DNA of 64,000 nt from Candidatus Iainarchaeum sp. (GTDB lineage: Archaea; Iainarchaeota; Iainarchaeia; Iainarchaeales; JAGVWC01): NCBI GenBank assembly GCA_018304465.1, contig JAGVWC010000008.1, positions 64,001 to 128,000 on the forward strand, given 5' to 3'. Under the pieces are notes generated by a model that was given only the letters and a program-made list of their open reading frames with translations, was not told the origin of the DNA and made no database searches. Shown piece by piece: positions 9,699 to 18,304 of the stretch; the first letter of the stretch is position 1; each line of letters begins with the position of its first letter. Position numbers and translations under genes: made by a program.

Positions 9699-11423
9699 TT
9701 AAAGGCGTTTTTCCATGTAGGGGCCGTTCGCGACATACCCTAATTTCCGATAATAATTCCGCGCCCCGACCCCTGAAATCACCAGGGATTTTTGACAATC
9801 AAACTCTTCTTTGGCGGCTTTTTCAGCGGCTTCCAGTAATTCTCGCCCAAGCCCCTGATGCTGTACGGCTTCGGAATCGTTTTCGCCAACTTCCAGCGCT
9901 TTTCCAAACACATGCAACTCGCGAATCAAACCCGTGGAAGAATCGATTTCGGGCCGAAACGATTTCCCGGGAATTCGCAAACGACAAAACCCGAACAAGA
10001 CATCCGCTTTTTCATCCTCAAACGACAAAAACAATTCCTCGCCCTTGCTTGCCGCGTATTTTTCCACGAGCAGTTTTCCGCGCGACACATCGGCCAAACC
10101 CGCGTTTTTCGAGTGTCCGATTTCCCGACAGCGAATACAACGACACGAAATCCCAAGTTCTTTGGCGCGTTCTTCCACCAACTGACGCAAATTATTCGAT
10201 CGCACGCCTTCCGAAGACCATTTCGTCGGAATATCCCGCATCACGCGCTGGACTCGCACCCACTTTGGAAAAAACGCCTTGGACCGCGCGATCACGTCCG
10301 CCGCGGTTTTTGTCGACATCGGCGAAAACTCGCCTCGTTCGTACAACTTGAACAAAGGCGTTCCCGGCAACACCATGCACGGATAAATCTTCAAGGCGTC
10401 CGGACAAAACGACGGATTCGAAAACAATTCCTTAAACATCGCCACGTCTTTTTTAGGCGAAGACTTCGGAAGCCCCGGCATCATGTGAAACGTGACTTTG
10501 AGTCCGCTGTCCTTAAGCAAGCAGGTGGCGGAAACGGAATCAACCAAAGAATGACCCCGATTCGTAAACGACAAAATTTCCTCATCCAAACACTGGATCC
10601 CCAATTCCACGCGCGTACAACCCAAGGACAACATCTCGTTGATATGCGGCTCCAAACAAAAATCCGGTTTGGTTTCGATGCAAAACGCCACCATGCGACA
10701 CGCCGACGACTCGTTTTTTTTCTGTTCGGATAGAAGCGAACCCGGGTGACTTTTCTTTAAAGCCAACAATTCGTTTTGCAGCCGCACGGTTTTTTCTTTT
10801 TCGGATTCGCCTGGCACCGGCACGAAAAAACGGTTGAATCCATCCACGTCAAATTTTCCATCCGGAAAAAACCGATTCGAAAACAAATTCAACGCCAAAA
10901 ACGTATCCGACACAAATTCCCGCTGATACTCCACGGGAAAACTCGGAAACGTTCCGCCCATCAAAATCAATTCGATTTTTCCCACCGCATGACCCATCGC
11001 GCACAACTGGGACAAACGATTAAACGTCTGCAAAAACGCGTCAAACCGATTCGCGACCGCGCGCATGGACGCCGGCTCGTTTCCCGTATAACTCTTCGGA
11101 ATGCTGCCAAAAACCGATTTTTCTCCCCCAGGGCAATAAATGCACGTGCCGTGCCGGCAGTCAATCGGCTTGGTCATGATCGCAAGCGGCGCAACTCCCG
11201 ACAAGGTCCGAACCGGCTTGATCCCCAAAAGCCAACGCACTTTATCCGACGGATGCGTCACTTCGAGCAGCAAATCCGGATTACTCGGAACCCGGCCAAG
11301 ACCCCATTGTTTGGCCAAATGCATCTTAAACGCGTGCAATTCGCCAAAAGAAGCCACTTTACCGGAATCAATCGCCGCTTCGACGGCCAATGCAAACGAC
11401 TTGGAAGACGCCATAGAAACCAT
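9699..11423 (-). CDS. elp3: tRNA uridine(34) acetyltransferase Elp3
   Basis: RTLSGVAP, CxHGxCxYCPGG radical-SAM motif, C-terminal GNAT (QHQGLG, YYRKLGY). Confidence 0.95.
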   Translation of the reverse strand: MVSMASSKSFALAVEAAIDSGKVASFGELHAFKMHLAKQWGLGRVPSNPDLLLEVTHPSDKVRWLLGIKPVRTLSGVAPLAIMTKPIDCRHGTCIYCPGGEKSVFGSIPKSYTGNEPASMRAVANRFDAFLQTFNRLSQLCAMGHAVGKIELILMGGTFPSFPVEYQREFVSDTFLALNLFSNRFFPDGKFDVDGFNRFFVPVPGESEKEKTVRLQNELLALKKSHPGSLLSEQKKNESSACRMVAFCIETKPDFCLEPHINEMLSLGCTRVELGIQCLDEEILSFTNRGHSLVDSVSATCLLKDSGLKVTFHMMPGLPKSSPKKDVAMFKELFSNPSFCPDALKIYPCMVLPGTPLFKLYERGEFSPMSTKTAADVIARSKAFFPKWVRVQRVMRDIPTKWSSEGVRSNNLRQLVEERAKELGISCRCIRCREIGHSKNAGLADVSRGKLLVEKYAASKGEELFLSFEDEKADVLFGFCRLRIPGKSFRPEIDSSTGLIRELHVFGKALEVGENDSEAVQHQGLGRELLEAAEKAAKEEFDCQKSLVISGVGARNYYRKLGYVANGPYMEKRL

Positions 11424-11447
11424 TCCAACGAAAAAGAATAAGAGGCT

Positions 11448-12257
11448 TTACTGAAAGAGGCTTGCCAAACCATTCAAAAAATAGAACACGTTCAGATTCG
11501 GCGAAAGCACCGGCAAACCGAACAAACCCGAATCGAACTTTCCGACCAACGTCGGTTTAATCATCAAGGTTTCATTGAACTGATCCAAAGTTTTTTGATT
11601 CTGAACCGAAACCATTCGAAACGAAAAATCCCGCTTTCCATACACTTTCGGAAACACTTCCAATTCCTGATCAATCACCGCGGAATCCGAATTCGCGCCG
11701 CCCAACACAAACGTCTTGGCCTTAAACGACGAATCCGGCAACGTCGAAGACACCACGAACGAATGCGACGCCAAAGACTGGTTCACCGCACGAAACGAAA
11801 AAACCGCTTTTTGGCCCAACACCAAATTGTTCTTGATGGGACCCACTTCAAACCGAACCAAATCATTTCGCACAGCCACCACCAGATTCACGGACTCGGA
11901 CAAACCAGCGTCATCCGAAAAAACCAATCGAAGCGACTGCACGCGCTCCGTTTCGGACGCGGGAACTGAAATCTTGAATCCGATCGACTCCGCCAACACC
12001 TGGGACTGACCCACCGACCAACCGGACGGAACCGTGGACGAATCCGCACTAATCGATTTCCAAAACGAATTCGCTCCGGTGCGGTAATTAAAAAAAACCT
12101 CTAATTCTTCTCCTGGCTGCATCGAACCCAAATTCAGAGATTCGTTGTTTTCCAACGTCTTCACCAGCGGACTGATCAAAGAAACCCGTGCAAACGCCGG
12201 AAAAGAAGCCAAAATCAAGACCAAAACAATCAAAAACGCTTTAGACCACAGTTTCAT
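11448..12257 (-). CDS. Secreted beta-rich hypothetical protein
   Basis: Signal peptide MKLWSKAFLIVLVLILASFPAFA. Confidence 0.7.
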   Translation of the reverse strand: MKLWSKAFLIVLVLILASFPAFARVSLISPLVKTLENNESLNLGSMQPGEELEVFFNYRTGANSFWKSISADSSTVPSGWSVGQSQVLAESIGFKISVPASETERVQSLRLVFSDDAGLSESVNLVVAVRNDLVRFEVGPIKNNLVLGQKAVFSFRAVNQSLASHSFVVSSTLPDSSFKAKTFVLGGANSDSAVIDQELEVFPKVYGKRDFSFRMVSVQNQKTLDQFNETLMIKPTLVGKFDSGLFGLPVLSPNLNVFYFLNGLASLFQ

Positions 12258-12304
12258 AAAAGATCTGACAAATAAACACGGCAAAAACTTAAAAAGGTGA
12301 GGGA

Positions 12305-12913
12305 ATGGCAACCAACGTGGAAAACGAACGCTTTGAAATGGTCAAAAAACGCCACTTTCAATCGTTTCATGACGCCGTCACAAACGGCAAAGCCGACAAA
12401 CCCGCGATTCCACTATGCGAGTTCCTCAATTCACTGCCCGAGTTTTTTACGGCTTCCAGCTGTTCCGGACGCGTCATTTTGCTCAATGTGGACTCCATGG
12501 AAACCAAACAAACCGCCGCGTTCCACTATAAAACCCACGGACTCGCATCCGCCATGGTTTCATGGAAAAAACTAAGCGAAAAAACCCGAAAAGAAGTCTG
12601 GTTCAAACAAGAAAGCTTCATCCTGCACATTGGAACCAACCATCTGGACAACGCCAACCGGCTACTTGAATGCGCGCGACTCGCCGGCATCAAACGCGGC
12701 GGCATCATGCTGGCAAAACCCGGAAAATTCATTCTTGAGCTTCAAGGAACCCAAGGAATCTCCGCGCCCATCAAATACCAAGACAAACTCCTCGTGAACC
12801 GCGATTACTACGAATTCCTGGTGCGACGCGCCAACAAAAAAATGAAAAAAAACAGCCAACAACTCGAAAAATTCGAAAAAATACTCCGCGAAAAACTCGG
12901 GTCAACCGATTAA
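12305..12913 (+). CDS. taw3: tRNA wyosine methyltransferase Taw3/TYW3
   Basis: FTASSCSGRV and FILHI motifs; AGGTGA SD upstream. Confidence 0.9.
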   Translation: MATNVENERFEMVKKRHFQSFHDAVTNGKADKPAIPLCEFLNSLPEFFTASSCSGRVILLNVDSMETKQTAAFHYKTHGLASAMVSWKKLSEKTRKEVWFKQESFILHIGTNHLDNANRLLECARLAGIKRGGIMLAKPGKFILELQGTQGISAPIKYQDKLLVNRDYYEFLVRRANKKMKKNSQQLEKFEKILREKLGSTD

Positions 12914-14508
12914 TCGCGCGATTTCAAAATCTCGGCAATGACCCCCTGCGGATCCGAATAATACCGCTGTACCACCGCCGAAACCTCGTCGTGACTCACG
13001 ATCCGCCGCTCCACCATCCATTCCAACACTTGGCGCCGCACCGCGATTTCTTTTCGGATATCCGTCAAGCCATGCGACGAGCGCTCCGACAACACCTGCA
13101 ACACGTGACTCGGCGTCTCGGTTCTCGACAGCAAATCCGTTTTTCGGTTCCATTCAAACAACATCGAAAGAAGCGGCTTTTCTTCCATCGAAGACAACTC
13201 CGACACCTGAACAATCCTGCGAACCAATCCTTTTCCAGGCAAAAAAAGACGGTGCTGCACGATAATCAAATCCAACAAACCAAGCATCGACTCCGGAACA
13301 TTCATGGGTTTCGAACGCAAACGCAACAGCAGTTCTTTGGCCGAATTCGCGTGCACCGTACCCATGGTTCCGTCATGACCCGTATCCATCGCGACAAACA
13401 GCGTCTGCGCGCCTTCGTCCCGAACTTCGCCGACCAGTAACCGGTCTGGACGCATGCGCAACGCGTTTTGCAACAACTCGTCCATGGACACCGCATCGGT
13501 CGCACGCGAACGCGGACGCGATTCGAGCTGCACCCAGTTCTGCCGATGCACCAGATCCAACTCCAACGTGTCCTCGATCGACACAATCCTCTGATACGCC
13601 GGCACAAACGCCGCCAAACAATTCAACGTCGTGGTTTTTCCGCTGCCGGTTCCCCCCGTAACAATCAGGTTCATCGGCTGGACTCCGAGCCCTTCCACCA
13701 TGACCCACAAAAACGCCGCCAACTCGCTTGAAAGCGTTCCGTGCAAAATCAAATCCACAACCGAATAATTCGCGCGCGAAAACTTCCGGATCGTCAAAGA
13801 CACGCCTTCCGGAGAAACCGACGCGTTCGTCGCGTTCACACGGCTGCCATCCGGCAAACGCGCGTCAAGCAACGGAAACGATTCATCGAACGGTTTGGCC
13901 GCCGTACGCGCGATCCGAAGCACAAGCGAATCCAAGGCCTTTGGAGAATCGAAAACGATATTGGTTTTGCACATCCCGAATTTTCGGTGAAAAACAAACA
14001 CCGGGCGCTCCAGACCGTTCACCATGATTTCTTCAAGACCCGGATCCGACACGAGATCCGACAACGATCCGAACCCGATCGAATTATCGATCGCGGACTT
14101 GGCTACAGGACCCGGATTCTTCACATCCGGAAAAAACTCGGCGATCACGGCACCCATCGCGACCGCAAACGACTCCAATTCCGGTGTGGACGGAATTTTT
14201 TCCATTCCCGACGCCAGGTTGATATCCGCAATCACGCGACGCGTAAACGCATCCATGAACTTCGAAGGCACATGACCGATGATCTGCTCCAAAGAAAACA
14301 ACGCGATTTTTCCGGTAATGGCTTCCGACAACGCGTCCGCAAGCTTTCGGTCAACCGAAGAAAGTTCCGGACGGTTAACATCGTAAAAAAAATTGGGAAA
14401 CCCCTCAAAAATCGAAACCACGCCGTTCGAATCCACCAGTTTTCCGCGCGAATCCAGGATGCCGCTCTTCAATGAAACCCCCCAATTTAATAATATCACA
14501 ACGCACAA
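12910..14508 (-). CDS. CpaF/VirB11-family type IV pilus/secretion ATPase
   Basis: LEEIMVNG, DARLPDGSRVNA, GGTGSGKTT, LRMRPDR..VGEVR, TGH..GTVHANS; start uncertain. Confidence 0.92.
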   Translation of the reverse strand: MCVVILLNWGVSLKSGILDSRGKLVDSNGVVSIFEGFPNFFYDVNRPELSSVDRKLADALSEAITGKIALFSLEQIIGHVPSKFMDAFTRRVIADINLASGMEKIPSTPELESFAVAMGAVIAEFFPDVKNPGPVAKSAIDNSIGFGSLSDLVSDPGLEEIMVNGLERPVFVFHRKFGMCKTNIVFDSPKALDSLVLRIARTAAKPFDESFPLLDARLPDGSRVNATNASVSPEGVSLTIRKFSRANYSVVDLILHGTLSSELAAFLWVMVEGLGVQPMNLIVTGGTGSGKTTTLNCLAAFVPAYQRIVSIEDTLELDLVHRQNWVQLESRPRSRATDAVSMDELLQNALRMRPDRLLVGEVRDEGAQTLFVAMDTGHDGTMGTVHANSAKELLLRLRSKPMNVPESMLGLLDLIIVQHRLFLPGKGLVRRIVQVSELSSMEEKPLLSMLFEWNRKTDLLSRTETPSHVLQVLSERSSHGLTDIRKEIAVRRQVLEWMVERRIVSHDEVSAVVQRYYSDPQGVIAEILKSRD

Positions 14509-14543
14509 TCTAGTATATAATTTCTCATGAAAAGGGAAGAAAC

Positions 14544-15920
14544 GTGAAAAAACTGCTTCAAACCGTCTTGGCCCGGATCACTCCCGCCAAAGAAGAACTC
14601 GCATCCGAAAAAAAAATCATCGCCGAACTACTGGCCAAAATCCGAAAAATCGAAGGAAAACACGTCCGCGTCGCGGTTTACGGAAGCGTCGGACGCCAAA
14701 CGCAACTTGCCAACGACAAAGACATCGACTTGTTCGTATTGTTTCCCAAAAAATTAAGCCGGGACGAATTCGAAAGCGAAGGATTACGCATCGCGAAAAC
14801 CGCGCTCAAAGGACACCCGTGGCAAGAAGCGTACTCCGAACACCCGTACATCAAAAGCGAGTACAAAGGATACGAAATCGAAATCATTCCCGCGTACGCC
14901 GTCAAACACACCGGTGAAAAAAAAAGCGCGGTCGACCGCACGCCGTTTCACCATTCGTACCTCGAAAAAAAAATGAACCAAAAACAAAAAAGCGAAGTAC
15001 GGCTCTTGAAAAGATTCCTCAAAGGCATCGGATGCTACGGCGCCGACGTGAAAAACCAAGCGTTCTCGGGATATGCCACAGAACTACTCATCGTGAAATA
15101 CGGATCGTTCGAAAAAACCATTCGAAACGTATCCCAATGGAAGCCACCCATTGTCATCGACCTGACAAAATACTGGAAAACCGAAGAACTCAAGAAAAAA
15201 TTTCCACTGGATACGCTTATTCTAATCGATCCAACAGACAAAGACCGAAACGTTACAGCAGCAGTATCCAGCCAACAAATCGAACGATTCGTCCGCGCAA
15301 CCGGGGCGTTTTTGAAAAAACCAAGAATCGAATTTTTCTTTCCGAACGAACCCCGTCCATTCACGGCGACGGAACTGCAACGCGAAATCCGAAAACAACA
15401 TGTGACCGGAATTGCCATGGGCTATCCGACGGGAACCCATTATGATATTTTCTGGGGCCAATGGAAACGCGTGCATCACCGTATCGAAAACGAACTGACC
15501 AAAAACGGGTTTGAAATCAAAAAAACCGCGGTGTACTCCAATGAAACCGATTCAAGCACGATGCTTTTTTCCTTAAAAACCCTCGAACTTCCGAGCACCG
15601 AATGGCGCATCGGACCACCCGTTACCGACACGGTGCACGTCCAACGGTTTCTTTTGGCCCATAAAAAAGAAATCAAACGAAAAAAAGAGCAAAATCACCG
15701 GATCGCCATCGAGATTCCGCGAAAAATAAAAAAAACCGAAACCTTGTTCAAAACCCAATTAAACACGATTAAAACCGAAGAAAAAGACGCCGTTAAAACC
15801 GCGGCCAAAAACGCCAAAATTCTCAGCGAAAAAACAATTCTTTTGAAATACGCCAACAACAAGGATTTTAGGGTCTTCGCCACCCAATTCCTACGAAAAA
15901 AAGAACCCTGGGAAAACTAG
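14544..15920 (+). CDS. cca: Archaeal (class I) CCA-adding enzyme
   Basis: GS...DKDIDLF, EHPY, SAVDRTPFH, FSGY..ELL, DPTD..RNV. Confidence 0.95.
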   Translation: MKKLLQTVLARITPAKEELASEKKIIAELLAKIRKIEGKHVRVAVYGSVGRQTQLANDKDIDLFVLFPKKLSRDEFESEGLRIAKTALKGHPWQEAYSEHPYIKSEYKGYEIEIIPAYAVKHTGEKKSAVDRTPFHHSYLEKKMNQKQKSEVRLLKRFLKGIGCYGADVKNQAFSGYATELLIVKYGSFEKTIRNVSQWKPPIVIDLTKYWKTEELKKKFPLDTLILIDPTDKDRNVTAAVSSQQIERFVRATGAFLKKPRIEFFFPNEPRPFTATELQREIRKQHVTGIAMGYPTGTHYDIFWGQWKRVHHRIENELTKNGFEIKKTAVYSNETDSSTMLFSLKTLELPSTEWRIGPPVTDTVHVQRFLLAHKKEIKRKKEQNHRIAIEIPRKIKKTETLFKTQLNTIKTEEKDAVKTAAKNAKILSEKTILLKYANNKDFRVFATQFLRKKEPWEN

Positions 15921-15941
15921 TTACCAAGCGAGGAACCATTC

Positions 15942-16382
15942 ATGCCCGAAGAAAAAGAAAACGACTCCGTTTATTTTGAAGAAAAAGCCAAACATTTACT
16001 GGCGCAACAACTCGATATTTTGCCCGAAGAATTCGATTCTTTGCAGCAATACCTCAAAACCAGCCGAAACATGCTCAAATATTATTTCGGCGAAGCCGGA
16101 ATCCATTTTGACGAAGAAACCCAAGCCAAACTCGAAAACCTCGTGACCAAAAGCGACTTTTTGGTCTTGGAATTCGCCCGACTCGAGTTCCAAGTGCGAC
16201 AATGGGCCAACGAAGCCGAAAAACGACTCATCGCCCAAAAACCATTCGCGGTCAATGAAAAAGAAGCCCTGGAATTCCGCGAATCCTTCCAATCGCTTCA
16301 AGCCGAAACCCGAAACGTCGGACACGAAACCCAAGCCCTCATTTACGAATTATGCCGGCTCACGGAAAAACGAATCGCGTAA
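15942..16382 (+). CDS. Helical hypothetical protein
   Basis: GAGG SD upstream; genome-typical codon style. Confidence 0.65.
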   Translation: MPEEKENDSVYFEEKAKHLLAQQLDILPEEFDSLQQYLKTSRNMLKYYFGEAGIHFDEETQAKLENLVTKSDFLVLEFARLEFQVRQWANEAEKRLIAQKPFAVNEKEALEFRESFQSLQAETRNVGHETQALIYELCRLTEKRIA

Positions 16383-16430
16383 AAAAAAACCTCCGATATT
16401 TCTTTATACCTAAAAGACCAATTCAAATGC

Positions 16431-17285
16431 ATGAGTTACCGAAAACGACGACCTCGAAGCGAACGTGGCGCACGGCCAAAACGCCATGCTCCGGACGCGC
16501 GGCAAAAAGAACTCGCCCGAAGAGTAGAAGCCATTCGAGCCGCGCTTTGCGGAAGACGCCTCGGATTGGTCAAATACAAGCCATCGAACCCCGTTGAAAT
16601 CGTTCGACGCATTCGAATGGCGGTTCAAAAAAACCGCCCCCTGCAACTGATCGTGTTTTGGGGCGGGGCCAAGACCCGGGAAACCCGAAAAAACTGGCCC
16701 GATCGCGCCGAAGAAAGCACGTTACTCAACATCGCGGAAGTCCGCCAGCAGCTCGAACAATTCGGCCTTGCGGTGGAAGTGAATATCCTGGCCATGGACA
16801 ATTACGAACTCATGCTAAACCAGCGGACAACAGGAGAAGTCGCCCAATATGTCAGTGGCATGATCGAACTCACCGATCCGCTCGGTTTTCGGTTGGAACG
16901 CCTCAGCAACGTATACCATCGCAGAGGATTCAATCCGGATCGATTAAAACCAAGCGAACGAAAAATGCGAGAATACGTCCACGAATTATATGAACGCGTA
17001 AAAAAAGACGAGGACATCATGGGTCAACTCACGCGCCTTGCCAAACTACGCCAAAGCCGCGACCCGGAAGAAGCCGTTCGCCAATATGTCGTTCACCACG
17101 CGTTCGATGACTTCCTGCTTGAGCGGACGTATCCGGGAGCCGTCTACGCGTCGCTTGGAAACCCGAAAACCCAACGAGAAATTTCGAATCTTCCGACCAT
17201 ATTTTACTATCAGAATAAAGAACCGGGAAAAATCGGCGAATTCGGAGTACCGTGGTTTGCCGTAAAACCGAACATTGGAAAATGA
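16431..17285 (+). CDS. Orphan with basic N-terminus; DIT1/PvcA (isonitrile synthase)-like core
   Basis: MSYRKRRPRSERGARPKR leader; PLQLIVFWGG...WPDRAEESTL...VNILAMD. Confidence 0.5.
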   Translation: MSYRKRRPRSERGARPKRHAPDARQKELARRVEAIRAALCGRRLGLVKYKPSNPVEIVRRIRMAVQKNRPLQLIVFWGGAKTRETRKNWPDRAEESTLLNIAEVRQQLEQFGLAVEVNILAMDNYELMLNQRTTGEVAQYVSGMIELTDPLGFRLERLSNVYHRRGFNPDRLKPSERKMREYVHELYERVKKDEDIMGQLTRLAKLRQSRDPEEAVRQYVVHHAFDDFLLERTYPGAVYASLGNPKTQREISNLPTIFYYQNKEPGKIGEFGVPWFAVKPNIGK

Positions 17286-17295
17286 TCGAAAAAAG

Positions 17296-17392
17296 CGAGC
17301 CTGGGAGGACTCGAACCCCCAATCGCCCGGTTGCTTCTTAGTATATTATATAATCCGAAGCCGGGTACATTATCCGATTATGCTACAGGCCC
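17296..17392 (-). tRNA. tRNA-Arg(UCG) with 23-nt intron at 37/38 (17332-17354)
   Basis: Acceptor GGGCCTG/CAGGCTC, anticodon stem CCCGG/CCGGG, TTCGAGT T-loop; BHB formed by CUUC/GAAG with 3-nt bulges GGA and CAA. Confidence 0.93.
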
Positions 17393-17625
17393 TTATACAA
17401 CGTATTTGGATCGAGTTCATTATTTAATATTTGTTGTCGCTGGGTGAAGGTTGTATTCACTGGACAAAAGCCGTGTTTTTTCCAAACCAAGTAGCGAGAA
17501 TATTTCGAGGAATTCTTGAACCCAATCGAACGCACCCAATTCTCGAGGTTTTGGATCCCCGACAAGCAGAATACATATTTTCGGCTTTCGGTTTGTTTTA
17601 CAATAAAAATACCCAGTAAAACCAT
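17383..17625 (-). pseudogene. Probable C-terminal remnant of a tRNA-adjacent LAGLIDADG-like gene
   Basis: YVFCLSG..NLENWVRSIGFKN..KYSRYLVWKKHGFCP resembles a LAGLIDADG C-terminus; its stop overlaps the tRNA 5' end. Confidence 0.5.
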
Positions 17626-17761
17626 TTGGAGGCCGTATTGCCAGTAATTTCCCGCAAAAAATCGTTACTCCAAAAACAGGCTACGAGCGAAATGGGTTTT
17701 TTAATGGTTTTGTTGTGAAAATACGTATTATCCGAATTCTTGAAATTTGGAGGATTTTTAA

Positions 17762-17917
17762 ATGAAAGCCAGTACCACGAGCAACCGAGAAGTCATTGAC
17801 GACTACGTGGAATTTCCATGCCCCAAATGCGGCAAGCAAAAAATCGTGCGAAGCCTGCACGATCGAACCACGGCCAGAACCTATACCTGCCCAACCTGCG
17901 GGTTTGTCGGACCGTAA
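17762..17917 (+). CDS. HVO_2753-family zinc-finger microprotein (51 aa, not in ORF track)
   Basis: FPCPKCG...YTCPTCGFVGP*; GGAGG SD; directly upstream of aEF-1beta, the usual context. Confidence 0.88.
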   Translation: MKASTTSNREVIDDYVEFPCPKCGKQKIVRSLHDRTTARTYTCPTCGFVGP

Positions 17918-17969
17918 CCGCTTTTTTTACTTCGTAAAAAACCCGGGAAAAACAACGAGGAGCATCCAA

Positions 17970-18230
17970 ATGGGAAAAACAATCATTGTATTCAAAGTCA
18001 AATGCGAAGACATGGAAAAACTCGACGAAACCGTTGAAAAAATCAAACAACTCAAAAGCGGCGAAGTCAAGGACGTCAAAAAAATCCCCATCGGTTTTGG
18101 AATCCAGGAAATCAAAATCGCGGTTTTGATTCCGGAAAAACAAGACCAGATATTAGACCAAGTCCAAGACGAAATACGACAAATCCCCAACATCGAAGAC
18201 CTCGAAGTTGAAGCCATGACATTGTTGTAA
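17970..18230 (+). CDS. ef1b: Elongation factor 1-beta
   Basis: PIGFGIQEI motif; 86 aa; GAGGAG SD. Confidence 0.9.
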   Translation: MGKTIIVFKVKCEDMEKLDETVEKIKQLKSGEVKDVKKIPIGFGIQEIKIAVLIPEKQDQILDQVQDEIRQIPNIEDLEVEAMTLL

Positions 18231-18304
18231 CTTATACATAACTAATTCTTTCTTTCCGTTTTTCCGCTCTCCGTTTAAATCCCTTTTCGTGCTCTTTCTA
18301 TTCC

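Noticed and set aside
9644-11454. Long antisense ORFs over elp3 (similar ones over the CpaF ATPase, herA, rad50 and srp54)
   Set aside because: Shadow frames of well-supported genes with no recognisable motifs
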